The notes: generated by a model not told the origin, from the sequence alone. A DNA stretch of 64,000 nucleotides from Legionellaceae bacterium (GCA_947474165.1 CANJHO010000001.1:18-64017); one strand, 5' to 3'; positions 9,860 to 21,753 are shown, numbered from the stretch's first letter. Program-made: numbers and translations.

Positions 9860-11029
9860 CTAATCACCCTCGAGTCCATGGATTGGTTTCATCCGGCTCC
9901 ATTGTTTACAGCTGGGACAATGCCAATGTAATAGTTTTCCTGCATAACCGCAGTGCTCACAACGATAAATGGGCTTATTCTCTAAAAATTTACTGGTAAT
10001 ATCATACAACATTTGTAATTTATCACGTACTTTCCCATGAGATGATTCCAAATGCCAATAAATAAGACGATTTAATCCTCGTATCGAGGGATGTCGACTT
10101 AAATGCCCTGAAATAAAATCAATTGCAATATCCACGCTTTTTTCATTTCGCAAATAATCGCCCACCACAAAAATAACGGAAGCACGGGGATATTCATTCA
10201 GTGTTTGTTCCAAATAATCCACACATTCATCCATGGCCTCTAATTCACGATGGCAATGAACCAATGGTTCAATGATCTCTGTTAAAAACTCAGCATCTTG
10301 TTCTGGTACATTTTTTAAGGCACGAATGGCTTGTTTGAAGCGACCATTTTTTATTTCAAGGTTAGCCAACATCAAACTCGCACGAACGGATTGTTTGTCA
10401 ACTGATAACGCCTGCTTAATCGACGCATAGGCTTTATCATAAGCGTTTGTTTTTAAGGCATGGGTTGCTATTTCACAATGATAGTGAGCCGCTTGTGACT
10501 GCATGCAACTGCCTGTTGATGCCTCTAATTGTTGGATGACATCCAAGGCTTTTTCCCAGGCTTTCTCTTGTTGGTAAATCGCTAATAAACCACGAAGGCT
10601 ACTGATTTCAATGGTGCCACCGAGCTCTACAACCTCAGTGAAAATACGTTCTGCTCTATCAAAAACACCAGCGCTCATATAATCTTGGCCTAAAGCCATC
10701 AATGCTTCTTTACGCTGAGATAAGGTTAATTGCGGTCTTGCAATTAAATTTTGGTGAATTCGAATGGCCCTATCGACCTCACCTCGTCGTCTAAACAAAG
10801 CCCCCAATGCCAAGTGTGTTTCAACCGTGTCACTATCAACTTCTAGTAATTTAATAAAAACATCTACTGCTTTATCAGGTTGTTCATTTAATAAGTAATT
10901 TAACCCCACAACATATTCACGAGAAAAGTGATGACCCTTGTTTTTTTCTTGGCCTGAATCACTACGGCTGGCAACCCACCAGCCAGACCAGGCCGCAGCA
11001 GGCAATAACAAGGGCCATAAATGAATCAT
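9860..11029 (-). CDS. lapB: Lipopolysaccharide assembly protein B (TPR plus rubredoxin-like zinc finger)
   Basis: N-terminal TM, TPR repeats and C-terminal CEHCGYAGKLLHWHCPSCKQW. Follows lapA as in other gammaproteobacteria. Confidence 0.9.
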   Translation of the reverse strand: MIHLWPLLLPAAAWSGWWVASRSDSGQEKNKGHHFSREYVVGLNYLLNEQPDKAVDVFIKLLEVDSDTVETHLALGALFRRRGEVDRAIRIHQNLIARPQLTLSQRKEALMALGQDYMSAGVFDRAERIFTEVVELGGTIEISSLRGLLAIYQQEKAWEKALDVIQQLEASTGSCMQSQAAHYHCEIATHALKTNAYDKAYASIKQALSVDKQSVRASLMLANLEIKNGRFKQAIRALKNVPEQDAEFLTEIIEPLVHCHRELEAMDECVDYLEQTLNEYPRASVIFVVGDYLRNEKSVDIAIDFISGHLSRHPSIRGLNRLIYWHLESSHGKVRDKLQMLYDITSKFLENKPIYRCEHCGYAGKLLHWHCPSCKQWSRMKPIHGLEGD

Positions 11030-11055
11030 TTATACTCTCCAACAAAAATAAAAGC

Positions 11056-11346
11056 TCAATGTTGATCGTTTAAGGGGATAGCGCGTAAATTTTTAATTTC
11101 TTTTTCAGTCAGCCGCAACTGATTTTTTATTTTACGATGTTCTGCTTTTAAGCGCCAATAGCTCGCTAAAAATAAAACAAACCCGACCACCATCCCGATA
11201 CCCAACATGATGGTCATTAATACTGAAATCGGTGTTTTAAGGGTAGTAAAATAAAAGTTAACTTGAACTGAGGTCGCATTCAATGCAGCAAAACTAACCC
11301 CCACTACAATAAGTAAAATATAAAAGATAAGAATAAATATCCGCAT
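11056..11346 (-). CDS. lapA: Lipopolysaccharide assembly protein A (YciS/DUF1049)
   Basis: 96 aa with two TM helices and a basic C-terminal tail. Conserved position upstream of lapB. Confidence 0.8.
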   Translation of the reverse strand: MRIFILIFYILLIVVGVSFAALNATSVQVNFYFTTLKTPISVLMTIMLGIGMVVGFVLFLASYWRLKAEHRKIKNQLRLTEKEIKNLRAIPLNDQH

Positions 11347-11389
11347 TTGTAAAATCCTTATTTTTAATAGGGAGCATGTTAGGAGGTTC

Positions 11390-11407
11390 TATACTGCGCG
11401 CAGCATA
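11390..11407. repeat. Palindrome family copy TATACTGCGCGCAGCATA
   Basis: Matches 17 of 18 positions. Overlaps the left end of the adjacent hairpin element by 4 nt. Confidence 0.8.
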
Positions 11408-11560
11408 CATCCGACATTCCGCACCGGCGTCTTTTTTGCTAAAACTTGAGTAAATTTGAATTTTAAATACTCATTTACGTGCGTGTAAACTGCGCTTTAA
11501 AATTTAAATTTACTCAAGTTTTATCTAAAAAATACTGTGGTGCGGAATGTCGGATACATG
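11404..11560. repeat. 157-bp nearly perfect long hairpin (MITE-like or structured RNA element)
   Basis: Outer arms 11404-11425 and 11539-11560 (22 nt, 2 mismatches). Inner arms 11441-11467 and 11496-11522 (27 nt, 1 mismatch). A further 21-nt copy of the right arm lies at 11656-11676. Confidence 0.75.
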
Positions 11561-11582
11561 GCAGTCACGACTACAATCCCAT

Positions 11583-11611
11583 AAAAAAAGCGTAGTTGTC
11601 TACGCTTTTTT
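11583..11611 (-). terminator. Rho-independent terminator downstream of rpsA (symmetric, potentially bidirectional)
   Basis: Stem AGCGTAG / CTACGCT with a 4-nt loop, flanked by an A7 run and a T5 run. Confidence 0.7.
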
Positions 11612-11731
11612 AAAGAGAATATCTGGCTTTAATCTGCGATCAACCCGACATTATCCTGTGGTGCGGAATGTCGGATCAACGACAGACTGCGTTCGGTACA
11701 AAACCACGGTCTTGTACCACACGCCGTCTGA

Positions 11732-13408
11732 TTATTCGCTGTCTTTATTTGCCATTTTTTCCTTCAATAAATCACCTAGCGTGGCTGTTGCTTCACCACT
11801 GCGCGAGTATTTTTTGATAGCATCTGCTTGTTCTTGTGCATCTTTTGCTTTTACAGACAGTGAAACTGTGCGATTTTTTCTATCAATATTAATGATTTTC
11901 GCTTCAATTTCATCGCCTTCTTTAACGATAGTGCTTGCATCAGCCACTTTGTCATCTGACAAATCATTTGCACGAATTGTTCCGAAAACGTCTTCCGCTA
12001 GCTCAACCGTTACAGTCTTGGCATCAACAGTGGTTACTTTTCCTTTCACAACGGCACCCTTGGTGTGCTCATCAGCGTAACTTGTAAAATTGTCACCCTC
12101 TAATTGCTTCAATCCCAAGGAAATGCGTTCACGCTCTGCATCGATTGCAAGAATAATCGCTTCCAGTTCTTGACCTTTTTTGAATTGCTTGACGGCTTCT
12201 TCACCGGGCACAGTCCAAGAAATATCAGATAAATGAACCAAGCCATCAATCTCACCATCTAAGCCGATAAAGATACCAAAGTCTGTAATGGAGCGAATTT
12301 TACCACTAACTTTTTGACCTTTGCTATGACCTTGTGAGAAATTCTGCCATGGATTGCCCACGCATTGCTTCATGCCCAAGGAAATACGACGGCGATCTTC
12401 ATCAATTTCAAGGACCATCACACCCACAACATCACCCATGGTGACAACTTTGCTTGGGTGTACATTTTTATTGGTCCAATCCATTTCAGACATATGAACC
12501 AAGCCCTCAACCCCTTCTTCAATTTCAACAAAACAACCATAATCAGTAATATTGGTTACTTTGCCTTCCATTCGCTTGCCGACAGGATAACGCTCAACCA
12601 GATCGACCCAAGGATCGTTACCCAACTGCTTCATGCCCAAAGAGACACGATTGCGTTCGCTATCGAAGCTTAATACTTTAACTTTAACGTCTTGGCCTAC
12701 GGTTAATAACTCACTGGGATGCTTAACACGTTTCCATGATATATCTGTAATATGCAATAGACCATCAATGCCGCCCAAATCAATGAACGCACCATAATCG
12801 GTGAGGTTCTTGACGACACCCGCTAATTCTTGGCCATCATGCAGTGAATCAAGCAATACTTGTCTGTCAGCACTACTTTCCTCTTCAACCACAGCACGAC
12901 GTGAAACAACAATATTGTTGCGCTTAAGATCCATTTTGATAACTTTAAATTCAAGTTCTTTGCCTTCAAGATAGGATGGATCCCGTACAGGTCGAACATC
13001 AACCAACGAACCGGGTAAAAATGCACGAATAGTGCCAATTTCTACGGTAAACCCGCCTTTGACTTTACCAGAAATTAATCCGATAACGGTTTCATTGTTT
13101 TCATGAGATTTAGATAGTTTACGCCAAGCTTCTTGACGTTTGGCTTTTTCTCTTGAGAGCAGTGTCTCACCATGGCCATCTTCAACGGAGTCCAATGCGA
13201 CTTCTACAATATCGCCTACATTGATTTCCAATTCGCCATTTTTATCATGGAATTCTTCTATTGCGACAATGCCTTCGGATTTTAATCCGGCATTTAAGGT
13301 CACGTAATCATCATCGATTTCTATCACTTTGGCAGATATAATAGCACCAGGATAAAATTGTGCACCGATAATACTTTTCTCAAATAGTTCTTTAAAACTT
13401 TCAGACAT
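11732..13408 (-). CDS. rpsA: 30S ribosomal protein S1
   Basis: Six S1 domains. N-terminus [12 protein letters not shown] resembles E. coli MTESFAQLFEES. ATG 13408 preferred over TTG 13429. Confidence 0.97.
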   Translation of the reverse strand: MSESFKELFEKSIIGAQFYPGAIISAKVIEIDDDYVTLNAGLKSEGIVAIEEFHDKNGELEINVGDIVEVALDSVEDGHGETLLSREKAKRQEAWRKLSKSHENNETVIGLISGKVKGGFTVEIGTIRAFLPGSLVDVRPVRDPSYLEGKELEFKVIKMDLKRNNIVVSRRAVVEEESSADRQVLLDSLHDGQELAGVVKNLTDYGAFIDLGGIDGLLHITDISWKRVKHPSELLTVGQDVKVKVLSFDSERNRVSLGMKQLGNDPWVDLVERYPVGKRMEGKVTNITDYGCFVEIEEGVEGLVHMSEMDWTNKNVHPSKVVTMGDVVGVMVLEIDEDRRRISLGMKQCVGNPWQNFSQGHSKGQKVSGKIRSITDFGIFIGLDGEIDGLVHLSDISWTVPGEEAVKQFKKGQELEAIILAIDAERERISLGLKQLEGDNFTSYADEHTKGAVVKGKVTTVDAKTVTVELAEDVFGTIRANDLSDDKVADASTIVKEGDEIEAKIINIDRKNRTVSLSVKAKDAQEQADAIKKYSRSGEATATLGDLLKEKMANKDSE

Positions 13409-13468
13409 GTTATTAAACTCTTTAGTCAATAATTAGAAGTGCACGCTCCGCGCAACCTCCCCCCATGA

Positions 13469-14164
13469 TCATCGATTAATCAAAGCTTTATCAGTTAATT
13501 GCAATACCCTGTTAAAAACCTGATCAATTGTCAAACCTGTTGTATCAATCTGCACTGCATCCTTTGCAGGCTTTAATGGTGAATAGGATCGCTCGGTATC
13601 CCTTGAATCCCGTTTAACCAATTCATCAACAACCTGGGCGAGGCTAACATCATTTCCACTTTGTTTCAACTGTAAATAGCGTCTAGCTGCTCTTTCTTCC
13701 ACACTAGCATACAAATAGATCTTTAAAATTGCATCTGGAAAGATAACCGTACCCATGTCTCGGCCATCGGTTACCAACCCTGGAGAGATAGCAAAAGCCC
13801 GCTGTCGCGCAAGTAATGCCCGCCTAACTTCTGGTATCACTGCAATTTTTGATGCATTTTGACCACTTTGTTCGGTACGAATGTCAGCACTTATATTTTT
13901 TCCATCTAAAATAACCACGCTGTTTTGTGCTAGATCAACCTCAAAGCGTAAATCAAGGATCTGTGCTAGTGAGGCCAGGACCTCGATTTCACTGAAGTCA
14001 ATTGCGCGTTTTGTCGCCGCAAAAGCCAGCACTCTATATAAAGCCCCACTGTCTAAAAAATGCCAACCCAATTTTGCCGCTAACATATGACAAAGCGTGC
14101 CCTTCCCTGTTCCACTTGGGCCATCGATCGTAATCACTGGCACATTGTTTTTATTTTGCATCAT
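13469..14164 (-). CDS. cmk: Cytidylate kinase
   Basis: P-loop ITIDGPSGTGKGT. Conserved aroA-cmk-rpsA order. Confidence 0.93.
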   Translation of the reverse strand: MMQNKNNVPVITIDGPSGTGKGTLCHMLAAKLGWHFLDSGALYRVLAFAATKRAIDFSEIEVLASLAQILDLRFEVDLAQNSVVILDGKNISADIRTEQSGQNASKIAVIPEVRRALLARQRAFAISPGLVTDGRDMGTVIFPDAILKIYLYASVEERAARRYLQLKQSGNDVSLAQVVDELVKRDSRDTERSYSPLKPAKDAVQIDTTGLTIDQVFNRVLQLTDKALINR

Positions 14165-15467
14165 GAATTTCCTGTATTTGAAGCCTCACTTGATGAGCTG
14201 TTGTTACAAACGTTGGAAAAGAGGTGACAATATTCGCACAGTCCCTAATTGTTACTGGTGATATTGCAACACTCCCTGCAACGGCAAATGCCATGGCGAT
14301 ACGATGATCTTGTCGGGAATCAATCACTCCGCCTTGTAGTACCCCACCCTCCATCAGAAGACCATCCTCAAGGACTGTCACATCAATCCCTAAGCGCTGC
14401 AATCCCTCCGCCATCGCTCCAATCCGGTCACTTTCTTTACATCGCAATTCTTTCGCTCCCTGTAGGTAGGTTTTTCCTTTGGCACAACTGGCTGCAATCA
14501 ATATCACAGGAAATTCATCGATTGATAAAGGCACTAGGTCCAGAGGGATATCTATCCCTTTTAATTCAGCGTGTTTGACTTGTATATCGCCAACCCATTC
14601 TTCACCATATAAACGTTGATGGGTTATTTTTATATCAGCGCCCATGCGCTTTAAAATCTCTAAAATACCGGTGCGAGTCGGATTAATGCCCACATTCCTA
14701 ATCAATAAATTTGATCCTTTAACCAAGGTTGCGGCCACAATAAAAAAAGCCGCTGAGGATAAATCTCCTGGAACCATCACTTCAGTCCCTTGGCATTCAC
14801 TCGAACCGTTAAGGACGATGGTATGCCCAGATTGTTGAAGCGGATAAGAAAATGTTCTCAATAAGCGCTCGGTGTGATCACGTGAGAAGCCCTGCTCAAT
14901 GATCCGTGTTTCTCCTTTGGCATAAAGTCCTGCCAATAATAGGCAAGATTTAACTTGTGCGCTAGCCAAGGGCATCTCATAAGTAATCCCATGTAAGATT
15001 TGCCCACCCTTAATGTGCAACGGTGGGCAACCCTGAGCTGTTGTGATAAATGCACCCATTTGCTGCAAAGGCCGGCTAATTCGCTCCATCGGCCGTTTTA
15101 AAAGACTTTCATCGCCCGTGAGCGTGCTATCAAAGGATTGACCTGCCAATAAACCTGCCATAAGGCGCAAGGTCGTGCCTGAATTACCACAAAAGATGCT
15201 TTGTTCTGGTTTTTTTAAGCCGTATTTCCCTGCGCCATGAATCACAATGCGCCCTGAGGAGGGTCCTTCAATGAGAACACCCATCGATTGAAATGCACGC
15301 AAAGTAGCCATGCAATCTTCGCCATCTAAAAAACCCGTCACGGTCGTCACGCCGTTTGCAATAGCTCCGAGCATAATAGACCGGTGAGAAATAGATTTAT
15401 CGCCTGGAACCACGATATCGCCCTGCAAGGCCTCTGCAGGACTACTCATCAAATGGTAGGCAGTCAT
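14151..15467 (-). CDS. aroA: 3-phosphoshikimate 1-carboxyvinyltransferase (EPSP synthase)
   Basis: 438 aa with the motifs PGDKSISHRS and LFCGNSGTTLRLM. Confidence 0.95.
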   Translation of the reverse strand: MTAYHLMSSPAEALQGDIVVPGDKSISHRSIMLGAIANGVTTVTGFLDGEDCMATLRAFQSMGVLIEGPSSGRIVIHGAGKYGLKKPEQSIFCGNSGTTLRLMAGLLAGQSFDSTLTGDESLLKRPMERISRPLQQMGAFITTAQGCPPLHIKGGQILHGITYEMPLASAQVKSCLLLAGLYAKGETRIIEQGFSRDHTERLLRTFSYPLQQSGHTIVLNGSSECQGTEVMVPGDLSSAAFFIVAATLVKGSNLLIRNVGINPTRTGILEILKRMGADIKITHQRLYGEEWVGDIQVKHAELKGIDIPLDLVPLSIDEFPVILIAASCAKGKTYLQGAKELRCKESDRIGAMAEGLQRLGIDVTVLEDGLLMEGGVLQGGVIDSRQDHRIAMAFAVAGSVAISPVTIRDCANIVTSFPTFVTTAHQVRLQIQEIHDAK

Positions 15468-16555
15468 TACTGATATTCCTTAGCAAAATCTTGCATAAAG
15501 GCAACCAGTGCTTGAACCCCTGCCATAGGCATTGCATTATACAAGCTAGCACGCAGCCCACCCACACTCCGATGGCCTTTTAAGGCGAACAATCTGCGTT
15601 GAGTTGCTTCTTTTAAAAATGTGGTCTCAAGGGCCTCTTGCTTGAGGGTAAAACACACGTTCATGAGGGAGCGAGAATGTTGCTCCACGCTGCAATGATA
15701 AAATTCAGAATTATCAATGAATTGATATAATAGATCTGCCTTTTTACAATTGATAGCGAAAAGCGCCTCAACCCCGCCTTGTGATTTGACCCAATCCAGC
15801 ATTTTCAGCGCCAAATAACAATTAAACATCGGCGGTGTGGCATACATTGAGTGATGGGTCACATGGGTTTGATAATCCATCATGGTGGGTATCGGTGGAT
15901 AGTCTACCCGGCCCAATAGATCATCACGAATGATAACTATCGTTAAGCCCGCTGCTGAAATATTTTTTTGAGCCCCCGCAAATATCAACCCAAAATCTGT
16001 CACCTTAAATGGTTCACTTAAGAGGCAAGAGGTCATATCAGCAATCAATGGAATAGACCCGACATCGGGCATTTTTTCAAAACGAACCCCATTGATTGTT
16101 TCATTGGGAGTATAATACACATACGCCGTGTCCTCCCGAAGATCCCAATGTCGGGGATTGGGTGAGGCGCGAAACTGGTTATTTTCTGAACTGGCGATTG
16201 AATAAGCCTGCTTTAACTTACGGGCCTCTTCATAAGCCATTGAAGACCAAATGCCAGAAATCAAATACCCCGCGTTGTCACTGTCCCGCAGCAAATTCAT
16301 GGGCACCATGGCAAATTGCGTCCGCGCAGCACCGCCTAGGAATAGAACATGATAATGATTGGGTATGGACATTAGAAAACGAAATCCCGCTTCCAAATCC
16401 TCCATTAAGGCTTGAAACGGTGGCGTTCGGTGACCTATTTCCATCACCGACATCCCTAAACCCTGCCAATTTAATAGCTCTTTTTGTGCCTCGAGTAAAA
16501 TAGACTCAGGCAACATCGCAGGGCCCGCACCAAAGTTATACGCTCTCGTTGTCAT
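15467..16555 (-). CDS. serC: Phosphoserine aminotransferase
   Basis: N-terminus [15 protein letters not shown]. 362 aa class V aminotransferase. Confidence 0.93.
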   Translation of the reverse strand: MTTRAYNFGAGPAMLPESILLEAQKELLNWQGLGMSVMEIGHRTPPFQALMEDLEAGFRFLMSIPNHYHVLFLGGAARTQFAMVPMNLLRDSDNAGYLISGIWSSMAYEEARKLKQAYSIASSENNQFRASPNPRHWDLREDTAYVYYTPNETINGVRFEKMPDVGSIPLIADMTSCLLSEPFKVTDFGLIFAGAQKNISAAGLTIVIIRDDLLGRVDYPPIPTMMDYQTHVTHHSMYATPPMFNCYLALKMLDWVKSQGGVEALFAINCKKADLLYQFIDNSEFYHCSVEQHSRSLMNVCFTLKQEALETTFLKEATQRRLFALKGHRSVGGLRASLYNAMPMAGVQALVAFMQDFAKEYQ

Positions 16556-19121
16556 CGATTAAAAGCTCACCTTCTGGTAGTTCATCATCGTCTTGTATTT
16601 CATCAATGCGCTGCATGCCAACAACCCGCTCACCGGGAGATACATTAATCAATCGGACCCCTTGGGTATTTCGACCAATAATTGACAATTCGCCCACTTT
16701 AAATCGAACCAAGGTGCCTTGATCGGTGATTAACATGGCTTGATCAAGTTCAGTTACTTGTTCTGCACGGACCACCTTTCCATTGCGCTCGCTGACTTGT
16801 ATAGAAATAACACCCTGCCCCCCGCGACCTGTCACCCGATACTCATCAACATCCGTACGCTTGCCATAACCAAACTCAGTGGCTGTTAAGATCGTACCCC
16901 CTGGATGGGCTACAACCAATGAAATAACGGACTGATCTTCTTTTAAACGAATACCACGAACACCACGAGCCGTTCTCCCCATGGGTCTGACCAAGGTTTC
17001 ATCAAAACGAATCACTTTACCTGCATCAGAAAATAGCATAATGTCTTTGGTGCCATCGGTAATAGCGACACCAACCAATCGATCATCATCGTCTAAATCA
17101 ACTGCAATAATACCGTTGGAGCGAGGACGGCCAAACGCTGTTAGGGATACTTTCTTAACGGTTCCCCGTTTGGTTACCATAAAGACAAATAGTCCTTCTA
17201 AATATTCACGAACTGGCAACATTGCATTAATGGATTCATTTTCAGCCAATGGTAAAATATTGATGATGGGTTTACCACGAGAAATGCGGCTTGCTAAAGG
17301 CAATTCATAGGCTTTTAACCAATATAATTTACCATGATTAGAAAAGCACAGGAGTGTATCGTGGGTGCTTGCAATAACCAACCGCTCAACAAAATCCTCC
17401 TCCTTCACGTGGGTTGCTGATTTGCCTTTCCCACCCCGACGCTGGGCTTGATAAGCTGAAATGGGTTGATATTTCACGTAACCCTGATGGGACAGAGTGA
17501 CGACCACATCTTCTTCAGTAATCAAATCTTCAATGGTCAAATCCTCGCGAGACGCGGTGATTTCAGTTCGTCGCTTATCCCCAAATTGAGCCTTCATTTC
17601 AAGTAATTCATCTCTTATCACTTGCATCAAACGCTCTGGTGATCCAAGGATATCGAGTAGTTCCTTAATAACATCTAATAATTGTTCAAATTCGCTTAAA
17701 ATTTTGTCCTGTTCCAATGCGGTTAAGCGATGGAGTCGTAATTCAAGGATAGCCTGCGCTTGCAGAGGAGATAAGCGATATCCCTCATCACTTAAACCAA
17801 ATTCAGGTTCTAAATCATCTGGTCTTGATGCGCCACTGCCTGTATTTTTTAACATCCCAAGGACCAAGCCTGGCTGCCAAGACCGAGATAACAAGCCTTC
17901 TTTAGCATGTTGAGGCGTGGAAGATTGCTTAATTAAATCAATCATTTCATCAATGTTTGCCAGTGCAATCCCTAAGCCCTCTAATAAATGGGCGCGATTA
18001 CGCGCTTTTTTCAATTCAAAAATACAACGACGGGTCACGACTTCACGACGATGTTTAATAAAGTATTCTAAAATTTGTTTAAGATTCAAGGTGCGTGGTT
18101 GCCCATCCACCAAGGCTACCATGTTGATGCCAAATACGTTTTGCATCTGTGTGTGTGCATAAAGGTTATTGATCATCACCTCAGCCACTTCACCGCGTTT
18201 TAGCTCAATAACCACGCGCATGCCTTGTTTATCCGACTCATCTCTAAGACCAGAAATGCCCTCTAATTTTTTATCGCGCACAAGCTCTGCAATTCGCTCA
18301 ACCAATCGGGCTTTGTTCACCTGATAAGGCAGCTCATGAATAATAATTGCTTGTCGGCCCGTGTGCTCATCTGTTTCAATATCCGTGCGTGCGCGAATTG
18401 AAATACGTCCCCTTCCCGTGCGATAGGCCTCAACAATCCCTGCCCTCCCATTAATAATAGCTGCCGTTGGAAAGTCAGGCCCTGGAACAATTTCCATGAG
18501 TTCATCAATAGTCAACTCAGGATTGGCAACCAAGGCGATGCACGCATCGATAATTTCCGTGATATTGTGGGGTGGGATATTGGTCGCCATACCCACGGCA
18601 ATCCCTGAGGATCCATTCACCAACAAATTAGGGATTCGAGAAGGCATAACAACAGGGGCAAATTCTGTTTCGTCATAATTGGGACTAAAATCAACTGTTT
18701 CTTTATCAAGATCAGCCAGTAACGCATGAGCCAGTTTTGACATTCGCACTTCAGTATAACGCATGGCCGCAGGCGCATCCCCATCCACGGAACCAAAGTT
18801 ACCCTGACCATCCACTAACATATATCGCATCGAAAAATGCTGTGCCATGCGAACAATGGTATCGTAAACCGCCGTATCTCCATGAGGATGGTATTTACCG
18901 ATGACATCCCCAACCACGCGCGCTGATTTTTTATAAGGTTTATTCCAATCATTACCCAATTCACTCATGGCAAATAAAACGCGCCGATGAACTGGTTTTA
19001 ACCCATCGCGCACGTCAGGTAATGCACGACCAACAATAACGCTCATGGCGTAATCCAGGTAGGATTGTTTTAATTCGTCTTCGATATTGACTGGTGTAAC
19101 TTCTTTGGCTGAATAAACCAT
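16536..19121 (-). CDS. gyrA: DNA gyrase subunit A
   Basis: QRDR reads [19 protein letters not shown]. Full-length 861 aa with an acidic tail. Confidence 0.98.
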   Translation of the reverse strand: MVYSAKEVTPVNIEDELKQSYLDYAMSVIVGRALPDVRDGLKPVHRRVLFAMSELGNDWNKPYKKSARVVGDVIGKYHPHGDTAVYDTIVRMAQHFSMRYMLVDGQGNFGSVDGDAPAAMRYTEVRMSKLAHALLADLDKETVDFSPNYDETEFAPVVMPSRIPNLLVNGSSGIAVGMATNIPPHNITEIIDACIALVANPELTIDELMEIVPGPDFPTAAIINGRAGIVEAYRTGRGRISIRARTDIETDEHTGRQAIIIHELPYQVNKARLVERIAELVRDKKLEGISGLRDESDKQGMRVVIELKRGEVAEVMINNLYAHTQMQNVFGINMVALVDGQPRTLNLKQILEYFIKHRREVVTRRCIFELKKARNRAHLLEGLGIALANIDEMIDLIKQSSTPQHAKEGLLSRSWQPGLVLGMLKNTGSGASRPDDLEPEFGLSDEGYRLSPLQAQAILELRLHRLTALEQDKILSEFEQLLDVIKELLDILGSPERLMQVIRDELLEMKAQFGDKRRTEITASREDLTIEDLITEEDVVVTLSHQGYVKYQPISAYQAQRRGGKGKSATHVKEEDFVERLVIASTHDTLLCFSNHGKLYWLKAYELPLASRISRGKPIINILPLAENESINAMLPVREYLEGLFVFMVTKRGTVKKVSLTAFGRPRSNGIIAVDLDDDDRLVGVAITDGTKDIMLFSDAGKVIRFDETLVRPMGRTARGVRGIRLKEDQSVISLVVAHPGGTILTATEFGYGKRTDVDEYRVTGRGGQGVISIQVSERNGKVVRAEQVTELDQAMLITDQGTLVRFKVGELSIIGRNTQGVRLINVSPGERVVGMQRIDEIQDDDELPEGELLIDDNESV

Positions 19122-19415
19122 GGTGAGGACAGGTCCTTATGCAATGATTGAAATAAAACTAGCTTAATAGAATAGCATACACACCACTTTAAATGAATCG
19201 TCATCATGGATGAATTATATGGGTTTTCTTTTTAGCACCCCATTAACCGTGGCGTATTGGATTCTACCTCGCCAATTGCTCGGTTGATTGTTGTACTATT
19301 CTTTGATGCATTAGGTAATCGATAGCCCTCGTCATTATCAATGAATACACTTGCTATTATTAGATAGTATTCTAGACTAACAACTCATTTAGTTTAGAAA
19401 ATAGGGTTTGCACCT

Positions 19416-20201
19416 ATGTTATGGATAAACCAATTACACTTATGGATTGCTTTTTTAGCAACTCTTTTTTTAGTCTTGTTTCATTATTTAAGCCCTTGGT
19501 TTGCAGATAATTTACCTGGAAATGGCCGAACCTTTGTTTCCTTCGCTGGCGGTGTGGCAGTTGCCTATGTTTTTTTACACATGATGCCTGACTTGGTGGA
19601 ATATAATAAACCCATTGGTCGTTTTTTATTAAACAATCAGTGGCTAACCCCATTTACTGAACTGCTCATTTATATGGTCGCTTTATTCGGTTTTCTTATT
19701 TATTATGGCTTTGATCTCCTGGCTGAACGATATCAAGACAAAGACCATCAAGAAGGATACGTATATGGCCTCCATTTGAGCATGTTTTGTCTTTATAATT
19801 TTTTAATCACCTACACCATGTCGCTACGCGCACTCAGCAGCCTCACTGCCACCGTATTATTTACCCTTGCAATGGCTTTGCATTTTGTATTAACTGATCG
19901 TAAATTCTGTCGTTTTTATAAAACACAATTTAAGCACCTGGGTCGTTTTATTCTCATCTGCGCTTTATTACTAGGCTGGCTTTTTTCAGTTATTTTTGAT
20001 CCGGTGAATATTCTGGTTGCAGCCTTCATGCTTGCTTTCTTGGCAGGTTCAATTTTACTCAATGTTTTTAGAGAGGAATTACCTGCCGCAGGCTTAACGA
20101 GCTATTGTTGGTTTAGCTTTGGGGCCTTGCTTATCACGGTTATTTTATTATTGCAGACATGGTTTAGTGTGATAGCGTTTCACGCGATATTAAGCGAATA
20201 A
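19416..20201 (+). CDS. Polytopic membrane protein, possibly ZIP-like metal transporter
   Basis: About 8 hydrophobic segments. SFAGGVAVAYVFLHMMPDL and LAGSILLNVFREELP resemble ZIP TM motifs. The assignment is tentative. Confidence 0.45.
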   Translation: MLWINQLHLWIAFLATLFLVLFHYLSPWFADNLPGNGRTFVSFAGGVAVAYVFLHMMPDLVEYNKPIGRFLLNNQWLTPFTELLIYMVALFGFLIYYGFDLLAERYQDKDHQEGYVYGLHLSMFCLYNFLITYTMSLRALSSLTATVLFTLAMALHFVLTDRKFCRFYKTQFKHLGRFILICALLLGWLFSVIFDPVNILVAAFMLAFLAGSILLNVFREELPAAGLTSYCWFSFGALLITVILLLQTWFSVIAFHAILSE

Positions 20202-20408
20202 AAAGGCAATTAAAGTGGGGATCAGTTATTATTCTGGATAATTGTGCATAGGCCTAGCGAAGAGGTATATGTACAGATATTCCATGTTATAATACTGCGC
20301 ATCAACTAAAATTGACTGTGAGTGTTCATTTTTATATAGTTCTGCACATTAAGAGATGTTGCGCTGCTAAAAATAGTGCCACGCCCCTATAACCTAGGAG
20401 TTTCCCCC

Positions 20409-21680
20409 ATGACGAAAAAATTCGCGCATTTGAGCATTGACGGCCAGAGCCCAATTGATTTACCTATTTATACGCCTAGCTTGGGTCATGATGTCATTGA
20501 CATTAACAGACTGGGTGAGGCGGGTGTTTTTACTTATGATCCGGGTTTTATGTTCACCGCCGCCTGTGAATCTAAAATTACTTATATTGATGGGGAAAAG
20601 GGCATATTACTCTATAGAGGATATCCAATTGAACAATTAGCGGAAAAAAAGGACTTTCTTGATGTTTGTTATTTATTGTTAAACAGTGAACTACCTAATC
20701 CAAAAGAAAAATCTCACTTTATTAGTTTAATTAATAATCACACCATGGTTCACCAACAAATGTATCAATTCCTTAACGGGTTTAGGCGTGATGCCCATCC
20801 CATGGCGATTATGGTGGGCATCGTCGGTGCGTTGTCTGCTTTTTATCATGATTCCATGGATTTAAATAAACAGGAAGATCGCTACACCTCAGCCATTCGC
20901 CTGATAGCAAAAATGCCAACCCTTGCCGCCATGACCTATAAATATTGCATCGGCTTACCTTATATGTACCCGCAAAATAAAATGTCTTATGCTGAAAATT
21001 TCCTTCACATGATGTATGGGGTTCCCTCTGAAGACATCACCCCTAACCCTGTGATTGTCAAAGCGATGGATACCATCTTCACCTTGCATGCTGATCATGA
21101 ACAAAATGCTTCAACTTCGACCGTACGGCTCGCGGGATCAACCGGTGCCAATCCCTTTGCATGCATTTCTGCAGGCATTGGTGCGCTATGGGGGCCTGCA
21201 CATGGAGGAGCCAACGAAGCGTGTTTGAATATGCTAAAAGAAATTGGTGATGTCAGCAAAATCAACCATTTTATTAAACGTGCCAAAGATAAAGACGATC
21301 CGTTCCGCTTAATGGGCTTTGGTCATCGTGTTTACAAAAGTTATGATCCTCGTGCAAAAGTAATGCGGGATACCTGCCACAAAGTTTTAAACACCATGGG
21401 TGCGAAGGATGAGCCCTTGTTTAAATTGGCCATGGAATTAGAACGTATTGCCTTAGAAGATGATTATTTCATTGAGAAAAAATTATATCCAAATGTCGAC
21501 TTTTACTCAGGGATCACGCTCAGTGCCATTGGGATTCCATCAAATATGTTCACTGTTATTTTTGCACTGGCTAGAACAGTTGGCTGGATGTCACATTGGA
21601 TGGAAATGACAGCCAGTAAATCTAAAATTGGCCGACCACGCCAATTATATACCGGGGAAAAACAACGGAATGTTGATTAG
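20409..21680 (+). CDS. gltA: Citrate synthase
   Basis: Motifs [14 protein letters not shown] and [13 protein letters not shown] 20409 lies 8 nt after AGGAG; the ORF opens at GTG 20376. Confidence 0.96.
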   Translation: MTKKFAHLSIDGQSPIDLPIYTPSLGHDVIDINRLGEAGVFTYDPGFMFTAACESKITYIDGEKGILLYRGYPIEQLAEKKDFLDVCYLLLNSELPNPKEKSHFISLINNHTMVHQQMYQFLNGFRRDAHPMAIMVGIVGALSAFYHDSMDLNKQEDRYTSAIRLIAKMPTLAAMTYKYCIGLPYMYPQNKMSYAENFLHMMYGVPSEDITPNPVIVKAMDTIFTLHADHEQNASTSTVRLAGSTGANPFACISAGIGALWGPAHGGANEACLNMLKEIGDVSKINHFIKRAKDKDDPFRLMGFGHRVYKSYDPRAKVMRDTCHKVLNTMGAKDEPLFKLAMELERIALEDDYFIEKKLYPNVDFYSGITLSAIGIPSNMFTVIFALARTVGWMSHWMEMTASKSKIGRPRQLYTGEKQRNVD

Positions 21681-21689
21681 GATCAGGCG

Positions 21690-21713
21690 TTAGGATCGGG
21701 CGCCCGATCCTAA
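21690..21713 (+). terminator. Palindromic hairpin after gltA (possible terminator, no T-run)
   Basis: TTAGGATCGGGCGCCCGATCCTAA is a perfect 24-nt palindrome starting 10 nt after the stop. Confidence 0.35.
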
Positions 21714-21720
21714 GTTCGTC

Positions 21721-21753
21721 CTTAATATTTCCTTAAGTAACCGCTCGTATACT
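21721..21753 (+). promoter_or_regulatory. PmrA-type tandem box plus -10 (CTTAATATT-TC-CTTAAGTAA-N7-TATACT)
   Basis: First repeat matches the published Legionella/Coxiella PmrA consensus cTTAATatT exactly; the second matches 6 of 9 positions. A -10-like hexamer follows 7 nt downstream. Confidence 0.5.

Noticed and set aside
11547-12080. 177-aa plus-strand ORF, plus similar ORFs at 12365..12673, 13881..14090, 14249..14578, 16096..16503, 16981..17310, 17704..18162, 26613..27206, 28777..29055 and 37264..37572
   Set aside because: All lie antisense to, or in alternative frames of, strongly supported conserved genes (rpsA, cmk, aroA, serC, gyrA, mfd, tldD, pdxJ). They have low-complexity or odd composition. 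These are shadow ORFs.
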